DNA of 64,000 nucleotides from an uncultured Pseudomonadota bacterium (GTDB lineage Bacteria; Pseudomonadota; Gammaproteobacteria; Steroidobacterales; Steroidobacteraceae): NCBI GenBank assembly GCA_903832085.1, contig CAIKZZ010000032.1, positions 7,275 to 71,274 of the forward strand, read 5' to 3'. Shown piece by piece: positions 56,239 to 64,000 of this stretch (position 1 is its first letter; each line of letters starts with the position of its first letter). The notes under the pieces were generated by a model. It saw only the letters and a program-made list of their open reading frames with translations, ran no database searches and was not told where the DNA came from. The position numbers and the translations under genes were made by a program.

Positions 56239-57015
56239 ATGCTCGATGGAGTCCGACTCGAACAGCGCGATGGCATTTTAGAGGTCACCCTCGATCGCCC
56301 GAAAGCTAATGCCATTGACCTTAAGATGAGCCGCCGACTCAATGACGTGTGGGGTGATTTTCAGCGTGACGCCACGCTGCGCGTCGCAATCCTCACCGGT
56401 GCGGGCGAGAAGTTCTTTTGTCCGGGCTGGGATTTAAAAGGCGCAGCCGACGGCGAGCCCACAGATTCTGACTGGGGCGTGGGAGGCTTTGGTGGCCTTA
56501 ACTATCCACGCAATTTGGACAAGCCCATCATTGCAGCCGTGAACGGCATCGCCTGTGGGGGTGGCTTTGAACTGGTACTGGGCTGTGATCTCATTGTGAT
56601 GGAAGAGCAAGCGCGCTTTGCCTTGCCCGAGATCAAAGTCGGCGTGGTCCCGGATGCTGCTGGCATTAAATTGCGACGCCGCATTCCGTATCACATCGCG
56701 GTTGAGATGCTCATGCTGGGTCGTTGGATGGACTCCACCGAGGCGAAGCATTGGGGCTTGTGTAACTACGTCGTTCCTAAAGGGCAGGCTGTGACTAAGG
56801 CGCGTGAAGTCGCCAAGATGCTTGCCGACGGTCCGCCACTTCTATTCCCGGCCTTAAAGCAATTACTCAAGCACACCGAAATGGTGGCCGAAAATCCGGC
56901 GTTTGAAGTGCATGACGCCCTTGCTGCCGTACAAAAAGTCGCGCGCTCCGAGGATCTGCTGGAAGGCGCGCGTGCCTTTGCCGAAAAACGCGCGCCCGTC
57001 TGGAAAGGCCGCTGA
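56239..57015 (+). CDS. Enoyl-CoA hydratase/isomerase (crotonase) family, carnitinyl-CoA dehydratase-like
   Basis: 258 aa. Has ILTGAGEKFFCPGWDLK and AAVNGIACGGGFEL. Confidence 0.8.
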   Translation: MLDGVRLEQRDGILEVTLDRPKANAIDLKMSRRLNDVWGDFQRDATLRVAILTGAGEKFFCPGWDLKGAADGEPTDSDWGVGGFGGLNYPRNLDKPIIAAVNGIACGGGFELVLGCDLIVMEEQARFALPEIKVGVVPDAAGIKLRRRIPYHIAVEMLMLGRWMDSTEAKHWGLCNYVVPKGQAVTKAREVAKMLADGPPLLFPALKQLLKHTEMVAENPAFEVHDALAAVQKVARSEDLLEGARAFAEKRAPVWKGR

Positions 57016-57795
57016 GTGAGCACTCGCTTCACGCGTGCGATCTTACGAACGCCTGGTGAGAGCTATGCGATGGGCATTACGAGCGCAGGCCTTGGTGCGC
57101 CTAATCTTGCGCTTGCGCGCCTACAGCATGCGGCGTACGCCGAGGCACTCATAGGCTGCGGGCTACACATCACTGTGTTGCCGCCGGACGAGGCGCATCC
57201 GGATGGCTGTTTTGTGGAAGACACTGCCATATTAAACGCCAAAGCCGCCATCGTAACGCGCCCAGGCGCCGTCAGTCGGCGCGATGAAACACACGTCCTT
57301 GCTCCAGTGCTGAAAGGTTTTTTTGACGAGCTACGCACCATTGCGGCGCCGGGCACTGTGGACGGCGGCGATATCTGTCAGTGTGAGGAGCATTTTTTAA
57401 TTGGTATCTCGGCGCGCACCAACCCAGAAGGCGCCGAGCAACTCAGCCAATTTCTGCAGGATCTTGGTTACACCAGTAGCTTCATTGATATCCGCGCCTG
57501 CAAAACGCTACTCCACCTTAAAACAGGCATCAGTTATTTAGGCAAAGGCCGACTTGTGGTCTCGGGTGATCTACCCAAAGGCACAGACCTCGGCGCGCTG
57601 ATTCCGGTCCACGTAGCACCGAATGATGCTTATGCCGCCAACTGCGTGGCCATCAATGATCGTGTGTTAGTCGCCGCGGGCTATCCGCGCTTCACTGCAC
57701 AGCTCACGTCACTCGGCTATGATCCCTTACCGCTTGCCATGACAGAGTTTCAGAAAATGGACGGCGGACTTAGCTGCTTGAGCTTGCGGTTTTAA
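57016..57795 (+). CDS. N(G),N(G)-dimethylarginine dimethylaminohydrolase (DDAH) family
   Basis: 259 aa, GTG start. It is collinear with P. aeruginosa DDAH as I remember it (FVEDTAIL, TRPGA.SRR.E, APGTVDGGD, ISARTN.EGA, LHLKTG, AYAANC, C-terminal MDGGLSCLSLRF with the catalytic Cys). Confidence 0.85.
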   Translation: MSTRFTRAILRTPGESYAMGITSAGLGAPNLALARLQHAAYAEALIGCGLHITVLPPDEAHPDGCFVEDTAILNAKAAIVTRPGAVSRRDETHVLAPVLKGFFDELRTIAAPGTVDGGDICQCEEHFLIGISARTNPEGAEQLSQFLQDLGYTSSFIDIRACKTLLHLKTGISYLGKGRLVVSGDLPKGTDLGALIPVHVAPNDAYAANCVAINDRVLVAAGYPRFTAQLTSLGYDPLPLAMTEFQKMDGGLSCLSLRF

Positions 57796-59455
57796 GACCC
57801 ATAGCACGCTCGCGCCACAACTGTGAGGCAGCTGTATCTTGAATCGGCGTATCTTGCTCGAGCAATTCGGCGAGCGCCTGCATTGCTGGCACACTGCCTG
57901 CATCCGCTGCACGCAGGAGCCAGACCCGTGCGCGCTCAAGGTCAGGTGGCGCATTGGCGCCATCGCGATACAAGCAGCCAAGCGCAAAGGCTGCATCTGG
58001 CATGCCTTGCTCAGCTGCTAATTCATACAAGGAAACGGCGCGCGCGAGATCTTGACGCACATGCGTGCCAGTCGCGTACGCAAACCCTAAGTGCAAGGCG
58101 GCCGGCGCGTGCCCACGCGCAACGAGTTGCTGGTGTTTCGCGATCCCGTCGGCAGGCTCCCCACCAATCCCGCGTAGATCAAGCATGCTTAAGTGCAAGA
58201 GCGCCTCCGAATCGTCTGCCTCAGCTGCGCGCAGCCAATATTCGCGGGCACGCTCAAGGTTCACAGGGACGCCTAAACCCTCGGCATACATAAACCCGAG
58301 TCGCTCAAAGGCGGCCACCACCTGTTGCTCGGCTGCTAGCTGAAACCACCCAAGCGCCTCACGCGCATTGGACGGCACACCGATGCCCTCTAGCGCAAAC
58401 ACGCCCATCAAATACTGCGCCTCTCCATCGCCTTCATCAGCGGCTGCTCGGCACACCGTTGCCGCCGAATACCGATCCACTTCCGGCAACTCAAGCAAGA
58501 GACGCGCCAACGAGACGTTCGCCTTCGTCACCCCTTTAGCCGCTGCGCGGCGTAACCAAGTCTCGGCACGCACCAAGTCCGCGCGCCCACCCGCGCCGCT
58601 GCGATACACCTCACCGAGTCGGTACATCGCGTGGGGCTCACCCGCGCGTGCCGCCGCCGCGAGTAATTTTAATATCTGCGACCAATCGCGCGTGGCCGCA
58701 GGCGCTTCCAACAACACCAATGCCAGCGGCAAACGTGCCGCCGCGACGCTCTGATCGACCGCACGCACAAGCCAAGGTATCGATTGCTCTATCGCGCCAA
58801 AGACCCCGTAGTGGCCGGCATAGAGCAAGCCGAGCGCATATGAGCCCATGGGGTCTGACACATCGGCAGCGGCCTTAAACCAACGCTCGGCTTCAGGCAA
58901 TGATTGTAGGATGCCCTCGCCTGCCGCGTACTGGTGCCCAAGACGCACCTTCGCTCCCACATCACCCGCTGCGGCAGCTTGGCGGTTCCAGTGCGCCGCC
59001 TGCGCGTGATCCGCTGCCACATGCAAACCGTCTACAAACATTTGACTCAACAAGGAAGAGTCAGCCGGCTGCGCGAGTCGCGCCAGCGCCCCACCGGATG
59101 CCACGCCACTGGAGTGCAGTCCGGTGAGAAAAATCTCGCCCAAACGCACTTGCGCCGAAAGTACGCCGCCAGCAGCTGCAACCTGATAGGCGCGCACGGC
59201 CGCTGGTGCGTTTTGTAAAACCCCAGTGCCGTGCTCATAGCACTGCCCTAAGTGCCACGCCGCTTGGGGCTCTGTGGCATGGAGCACTTTTAACTGCTGT
59301 ACCGCCTCGGCATAGCGGCCACTGGCGAGTGCTTGGGTAGCACTTTGTACCGTGACAGGTTCGGTGCTGCCAAGGAGCGCAAGCAGCCTGCGCCGCCAAC
59401 GCACCCAGCGTGACTCCAGACGAGGCGCTAAGGCCGCAGGACTCGGCGTTACCAT
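57770..59455 (-). CDS. Sel1-like repeat (SLR/TPR-like) protein
   Basis: 561 aa. About a dozen repeats of the A..W...AA..G...A...LG..Y..G.GV type. No evident signal peptide. The start is 1 nt after the HlyD stop, and the 3' end overlaps the convergent DDAH gene by 26 nt. Confidence 0.8.
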   Translation of the reverse strand: MVTPSPAALAPRLESRWVRWRRRLLALLGSTEPVTVQSATQALASGRYAEAVQQLKVLHATEPQAAWHLGQCYEHGTGVLQNAPAAVRAYQVAAAGGVLSAQVRLGEIFLTGLHSSGVASGGALARLAQPADSSLLSQMFVDGLHVAADHAQAAHWNRQAAAAGDVGAKVRLGHQYAAGEGILQSLPEAERWFKAAADVSDPMGSYALGLLYAGHYGVFGAIEQSIPWLVRAVDQSVAAARLPLALVLLEAPAATRDWSQILKLLAAAARAGEPHAMYRLGEVYRSGAGGRADLVRAETWLRRAAAKGVTKANVSLARLLLELPEVDRYSAATVCRAAADEGDGEAQYLMGVFALEGIGVPSNAREALGWFQLAAEQQVVAAFERLGFMYAEGLGVPVNLERAREYWLRAAEADDSEALLHLSMLDLRGIGGEPADGIAKHQQLVARGHAPAALHLGFAYATGTHVRQDLARAVSLYELAAEQGMPDAAFALGCLYRDGANAPPDLERARVWLLRAADAGSVPAMQALAELLEQDTPIQDTAASQLWRERAMGLKTASSSS

Positions 59456-59456
59456 C

Positions 59457-60851
59457 TTAGAACGGCTCTCGCATCGCCTCGGAACCGGTGCGCACTACGC
59501 CCTCAACCAAGTACGACAAGATACTCCGCTTACCCACCAAAATATCACCCTGCACCGTCATGCCCGGTATGAGCCGAAAATCTTTCGGCACATTGCGTAG
59601 CTTGGCGTCGGTCACTGTCACCCGCACTGCAAAATACGGCGCCATGGGCCCGCCGTTGTCATCGATCGTAAACGAGCCTTCGCTAATGGTTTTGATGCGT
59701 CCCTTGGCCGTGCCATGCTGCATGAACTGATACGCATCAAATTTAATATCGACCGGATCGCCCGCTTTAATAAACCCAATGTCGTGCGCAGCCACTTTGA
59801 CATCCACCTCAAGAGCGGCATCGAGCGGCACGAGCGTAAAGAGCGGCTCGCCTGCCCCACCGGGATTTGCGCCACTACCGGCAATGGAGCCACGCGAGGC
59901 TTTACCTATTTTGAGCACAATCACATCAGCAGGCGCATTTAAGGTCACGAGCTCATTTAAGCGACTGGCTTTCTGCAAGCTCTGCTGCGTGACCTCGGCC
60001 TCGTTACGCCGGATGACCAGCTCGCTGCCTGTGTCGGACGACCAGCGCTGCACAAACGCTTCACGCTGCGCTTTCACCGACTGCAGTGTTTGACGGGCAG
60101 AGGCCAACTGATGTTCTGCATCGGACTGCAGGCGACTGACCTCCGCCACCGTATCGGTGGTCTGCATCATCTGCAGCTGCGAGACATACCCTTTATCCAA
60201 CAGTGGTCCATACAGTGCCTCTAGATCCGCCGCCAACTTGCGCCGCTTGCTGTACTGCTGCAGATCCGTCTCAAACTGACTGATCTGTGCCTGCGCGCTT
60301 TTCAGCTTGGCATCAAAATCCATCAAATTAGAGCGGTACTCTGCTTGACGCTTATTCCAAATCGAGCGTTGCAACACGTGGCTGGGCTCAGAGTCTTTCA
60401 CCACGTACGGCTTACCCGCAAGCTCAGCCTCCAATCGCTGTACAGCGGCTTCATCGCTGGCGAGCTTTAAGGTCAACTGATCGCGATCGGCTGCGGTAAA
60501 GGTCGAGTCCAATGTGGCGAGCACCTCGCCCTTATGGACGATGTCACCCGGCTTTACGCGGATATCCCGCACGATCCCATTATCAAACGGCGATATATAC
60601 AAAAATCCCGTCAGTGGCACGATGCGACCGACACTGACCACCACCCGCTCAAGCTTAATCAGTGCAGCCATCGCAATCGACAACACAAAACCGAGCGCCA
60701 TCACGTAAATCAAGATGCGCTGGTGACGTGGGCTGGTCTCGAGCACCACCGCCGCGGTCTCAGACTCAAATGCCCCCACGATCCCGCCGACCACATCCTT
60801 CGTGCGCCGCGCCGGCAGCAAGGAACGGCCTTTTTTTACAATCTCATTCAT
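59457..60851 (-). CDS. HlyD-family type I secretion periplasmic adaptor (membrane fusion protein)
   Basis: 464 aa. One N-terminal TM segment, long coiled-coil, lipoyl/beta-barrel segments (VKPGDIVHKGEVLATLD). The ATGA start overlaps the ABC gene. Confidence 0.85.
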   Translation of the reverse strand: MNEIVKKGRSLLPARRTKDVVGGIVGAFESETAAVVLETSPRHQRILIYVMALGFVLSIAMAALIKLERVVVSVGRIVPLTGFLYISPFDNGIVRDIRVKPGDIVHKGEVLATLDSTFTAADRDQLTLKLASDEAAVQRLEAELAGKPYVVKDSEPSHVLQRSIWNKRQAEYRSNLMDFDAKLKSAQAQISQFETDLQQYSKRRKLAADLEALYGPLLDKGYVSQLQMMQTTDTVAEVSRLQSDAEHQLASARQTLQSVKAQREAFVQRWSSDTGSELVIRRNEAEVTQQSLQKASRLNELVTLNAPADVIVLKIGKASRGSIAGSGANPGGAGEPLFTLVPLDAALEVDVKVAAHDIGFIKAGDPVDIKFDAYQFMQHGTAKGRIKTISEGSFTIDDNGGPMAPYFAVRVTVTDAKLRNVPKDFRLIPGMTVQGDILVGKRSILSYLVEGVVRTGSEAMREPF

Positions 60852-63073
60852 AGCGGCTCTTCCGCCCTGAGCAATCGAGGCTCATCGACGCGCCCATCGG
60901 CATGTCGATTTTGCTGAAACCACATAATTCGATAGATCTCACAGCGCGCGAGGAGTTCCTCGTGGGTGCCAAAATCATGCACCTTGCCGCGCTCGAGCAC
61001 TAAAATCGCATCAGCCTCCACCAACATGGACAAACGGTGCGAGATACACAAAATCGTGCGTCCACGCGCCATGCGTCGCAGGTTGGCATTCACGATTGCT
61101 TCGCTTTCCACGTCAAGTGCGCTCGTCGCCTCATCGAGTATCAGCACTGGCGGGTCGATCAACAGTGCGCGGGCGATTGCGAGGCGCTGCCGCTGACCGC
61201 CAGACAAATTGGTGGCGCCTTCCTCCAGCATGGTGTCGTAGCCACGTGGCAGCCGCTCAATGAACTCCTCCGCTCCCGATAACTGTGCTGCCCGCACGAC
61301 ATCCATAAAACTCGCATCGGGCTTTGCCATCGCGATGTTCTCGCGGATCGTGCCGGAGAACAGGAAATTTTCCTGCGGCACGACACCAATGTGGGTGCGC
61401 AGATGGGTCAGGTCCATTTCGCGCAAGTCCATTCCATCAATCTTAATCATGCCCTCGTAACTGGAGTTCAGGCGCTGTAGCAGTCGCGTCAGTGTGGTCT
61501 TACCTGAGCCGCTGCGCCCCATCACACCGAGCATGGTGCCTTGGGGCACCGTGAAGGAAACACCATCCAGCGCATAAGGCGCACCAGGCGCATACCGAAA
61601 CTTCACATCCTGAAAGACAACCTCACCAACCACCGGCATTTTAAGTCCATTGGTGCGCACTTCCTCGGGCGGGGTATTCATAATCGAGGCGACCTGCGAG
61701 ATCGCACCGCGCACCTCTTGCAGTTCCTGCTGGAGCCGGGCGATTTGCACGAGTGGTGCGGCAAGTCGAGTCGCAAGCACTGAAAACGCGATCAGCACGC
61801 CTGGATTAATGGTCGTGGGCGAGGCAAGTACCACGTAACAACCAGCCAACAACGAGCCTGCATAAATGAAGCGCTCAAAAGGCAGCGTGAGTGCCTGCGG
61901 ATAGATCGCGATCACGCCCATCGCATGCTGCTCGCGCGCTGAGTCCGCGACCCGACGGTCCCACTCCTTGCGGCGCACCCCCTCAAGCGAGAGGGATTTA
62001 ATCGTCTTCATGCCATAAATGGTCTCGACCAGATAGGAGCCTTTTTTCTGCTCGGCAACAATCACCTTGCCAAACGCTCGGCCAATGGGCCCCATGAAGG
62101 CGTACACAATCAAGAAGATGATGCCCGCCAAAGCGAATACCAAAATCGATAAATGCCAATCCAGAATGATGAGCGCCGGAATGAGCCCAATGAGTGGCAC
62201 TGCGTCTAAAAAGGCCCCAAACAACTGCCCCGTCAAAAAATGCCGCACCTTCCATATCTGCGTCAACCGGTTCATCGTTTTGCCGGTCGGCTCCGTCTCA
62301 AAATAATCCATCGGCAGCTTCAATAATTTATCGACCAGATAAATTTGCAGCCGCGCATCGATGCGGGTCGTGGCCACCTGCGTCAATAAACGCCGCAGAT
62401 ACATCAGGATTGCTTCAAAGATCAGCATGATGCCAATGGCTGTGGACAACACATTCAGCGTCGAATACGAGTGATTAACGAGCACCCGATCGATCACAAT
62501 CATGGAGATGAACGCCGGCACCAAAGCAAACACCGTGCTGACCAGCGCGCTAATCCCGATATCCAAAAAGAGCTTGTTCTCGCGCAGCACCTGCGCGAGC
62601 AGCCAGCCGATACCGAAGGCCTGAGATTCATCGGCAAGGCCGTGCTGGCGCTTCAGTAACAGCACCTCCCCTTCCCACACCTCAGCGAGCTGATCTTCTT
62701 CAATGAGAGCAATGGCCTCATCCGGTGCATCGGGCTCACGCACCAAGGCGACGGTACCCTTCATGGGATCGGAGTGCACCGCCTCCAAGATCAAGGCTTT
62801 GCCATCGCGGGCACGCAAGATGGCTGGCAGCGTCTTTGCGAGCCTCGGCAACTCAGCAAAGGTTACTTGCAAACGCTGCGCCTTGAGGCCGAGCTCTTTG
62901 GCCATGGCGATTAAGGCATCAGAACCGGGCTCGCCCTCGCTCAGCACAAAGCGCCGACACAGTTGCTCGGCGGTGGTCTCGATCCCAAGGCGAGTCGCAA
63001 GATTAGCGAGCGCCGACACAGCGGTGAGCCGTGGGGCCACTGCCTCTTCGTCAAACTCCGCGAAGTCAGTCAT
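60848..63073 (-). CDS. Type I secretion ABC exporter (permease/ATPase) with N-terminal C39-like domain lacking the catalytic Cys
   Basis: 741 aa. The N-terminal ~140 aa are HlyB-CLD-like (..AVSALANLATRLGIETTAEQL.., with no Cys at the C39 catalytic position). Six TM segments. Walker A GRSGSGKTT, LSGGQRQRLAIARAL, LILDEATSALD. Confidence 0.85.
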   Translation of the reverse strand: MTDFAEFDEEAVAPRLTAVSALANLATRLGIETTAEQLCRRFVLSEGEPGSDALIAMAKELGLKAQRLQVTFAELPRLAKTLPAILRARDGKALILEAVHSDPMKGTVALVREPDAPDEAIALIEEDQLAEVWEGEVLLLKRQHGLADESQAFGIGWLLAQVLRENKLFLDIGISALVSTVFALVPAFISMIVIDRVLVNHSYSTLNVLSTAIGIMLIFEAILMYLRRLLTQVATTRIDARLQIYLVDKLLKLPMDYFETEPTGKTMNRLTQIWKVRHFLTGQLFGAFLDAVPLIGLIPALIILDWHLSILVFALAGIIFLIVYAFMGPIGRAFGKVIVAEQKKGSYLVETIYGMKTIKSLSLEGVRRKEWDRRVADSAREQHAMGVIAIYPQALTLPFERFIYAGSLLAGCYVVLASPTTINPGVLIAFSVLATRLAAPLVQIARLQQELQEVRGAISQVASIMNTPPEEVRTNGLKMPVVGEVVFQDVKFRYAPGAPYALDGVSFTVPQGTMLGVMGRSGSGKTTLTRLLQRLNSSYEGMIKIDGMDLREMDLTHLRTHIGVVPQENFLFSGTIRENIAMAKPDASFMDVVRAAQLSGAEEFIERLPRGYDTMLEEGATNLSGGQRQRLAIARALLIDPPVLILDEATSALDVESEAIVNANLRRMARGRTILCISHRLSMLVEADAILVLERGKVHDFGTHEELLARCEIYRIMWFQQNRHADGRVDEPRLLRAEEPL

Positions 63074-63085
63074 TCAGTGTTCCTC

Positions 63086-63130
63086 GAGCCTTTGATGCTT
63101 GGGCTGTCATGGCCTTGGCATCAAAGGCTC
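63086..63130 (-). other. 13-bp perfect inverted repeat (stem-loop) in the spacer between the heptosyltransferase and ABC exporter genes
   Basis: GAGCCTTTGATGC (63086-63098) and GCATCAAAGGCTC (63118-63130) are separated by 19 nt. No T-tract follows it on the transcribed (minus) strand. Confidence 0.6.
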
Positions 63131-63162
63131 ACACGCTGTCATCAACGGAGTCTTAAGCGGCC

Positions 63163-64000
63163 TTAAGCGGATGCGCTCACCCCGAAGCCTGGAATCGTCT
63201 TGATGACCCGCCGCACATGCTCGGCCGTAATGAGGCGCGTGCACTCAAACTGCCGCGGCGTGTTGGCGTGCCGTGGGCACCACAGAAAATCCGTGTGATC
63301 AAAGCGCAACTTCGGATCGCTCCAGCAGCCATTACAGGTGTGCCAGTTAATCACTCGGTACGGATTGGTGAACTCGGTTGACGGCAACGAAAAGCCGCTG
63401 ATCAACACCACTTTGGTACCTGCCGCCCAGGCAAGCCACGACAGTCCACTCGACAGTCCCACAAAAAACTCAGCATGACGCATATAACGCGCCGCTTCGG
63501 CGAGCGTGATGCCCGTCATATCTTCGGCACCGTGCGGAATATGCGTCCATACGATGCCGGTGCCGTGCACCGGTTTTTGGTCGACGCAGATCACCCGATA
63601 GCCATTTTGCTTCAAAAAGGCGATAACTTCACGCCAGCCATTGGGGTTATTCCAGTACTTAGCACCCGAGGTCGCTTGCACCGCGATGCAGACATAGCGC
63701 TCGGCAATCGGCCGCGACTCATCCGGTAAACGAAGCTTCGGCGCCTCGTCAGACGGATCCACGCCGAGTATGTAGCCTGCAGTGCGATGCAAGCCCACGT
63801 GACGAAAATCAATCGGCTGCCGATCGCAGGCGATATCGTCAAAAAAGAGGCCCATGGAATAGGTGGCATACACCTGCTCGAGCAGTTTTTGCTGCTGCGC
63901 CTCGACATGGGTCAGTAAATTTAAATTAGGGTAAGCGCCCTTCAGCAGCGGAATAATGAGCCCGGATAACGCCACCGACACTTTCGCGCCCGGGTGACGC
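63163..64000 (-). CDS. Bacterial autotransporter heptosyltransferase (BAHT; TibC/Aah family) homologue; 5' end outside the window
   Basis: The frame is open to the window edge. The visible ~279 aa are collinear with E. coli TibC as I remember it: FRHVGLHRTAGYILGVDP, YVCIAVQATSGAKYWNNPNGWREVIAFLKQNGYRVICVD, GLSSGLSWLAWAAGTKVVLISGFSLP, CNGCW, DFLWCPRH, RQFECTRLIT. Confidence 0.8.
   Translation of the reverse strand, partial: RHPGAKVSVALSGLIIPLLKGAYPNLNLLTHVEAQQQKLLEQVYATYSMGLFFDDIACDRQPIDFRHVGLHRTAGYILGVDPSDEAPKLRLPDESRPIAERYVCIAVQATSGAKYWNNPNGWREVIAFLKQNGYRVICVDQKPVHGTGIVWTHIPHGAEDMTGITLAEAARYMRHAEFFVGLSSGLSWLAWAAGTKVVLISGFSLPSTEFTNPYRVINWHTCNGCWSDPKLRFDHTDFLWCPRHANTPRQFECTRLITAEHVRRVIKTIPGFGVSASA

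Noticed and set aside
20021-63073. Idea that the sulfotransferases and the T1SS form a RaxST/RaxA/RaxB-like sulfated-peptide secretion system.
   Set aside because: The genes are about 35 kb apart with unrelated operons between them. The ABC exporter has a Cys-less C39-like domain rather than an active peptidase, and no precursor peptide gene is seen.
63151-63170. Direct repeat CTTAAGCGG x2 spanning the heptosyltransferase stop codon.
   Set aside because: Only 9 nt and two copies, with no supporting context.
1-64000. Scan for CRISPR arrays, tRNA/rRNA genes, IS elements or transposases, integrases, and classic defence-system genes (large ATPases or nucleases).
   Set aside because: None recognised. 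The only defence- or addiction-type genes seen are the vapBC and brnTA modules and one toxin fragment.

Overview
GC-rich (by eye, not computed) proteobacterial chromosomal segment, almost fully coding. I recognised no rRNA, tRNA, CRISPR array, transposase or integrase. Most genes suggest catabolism of methylated or quaternary amines and guanidino or amino compounds: the soxA/soxG end of a sarcosine oxidase operon, two tandem FAD+GcvT dimethylglycine/sarcosine-dehydrogenase-like genes, a non-Pyl MttB-family methyltransferase, two Rieske oxygenase alpha subunits, two aldehyde dehydrogenases, a GMC oxidoreductase, AruH/AruI-like transaminase and decarboxylase, a BKACE-thioesterase-CoA ligase-crotonase-DDAH operon, and a PotF/PotBC/PotA-type ABC importer whose parts are scattered. 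Several less ordinary blocks are embedded in this. (1) Two toxin-antitoxin islets (vapBC, brnTA) each lie between the live 3' end of a host gene and a decayed second copy of that 3' end. (2) A block of TonB-dependent receptor, two TPR-sulfotransferase paralogues and a second TonB-dependent receptor. (3) A BetI-like TetR regulator is fused to a Rieske-oxygenase-like domain with degenerate metal ligands. (4) A GMC oxidoreductase is translationally coupled to a PhnZ/TmpB-like HD-domain protein. (5) At the right edge, a TibC/Aah-family autotransporter heptosyltransferase heads a type I secretion operon (C39-like-domain ABC exporter, HlyD adaptor) that ends in a Sel1-repeat protein. I consider (5), (3) and (2) the best candidates for undescribed biology. 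All family calls rest on motif recognition and remembered sequences, not on searches.
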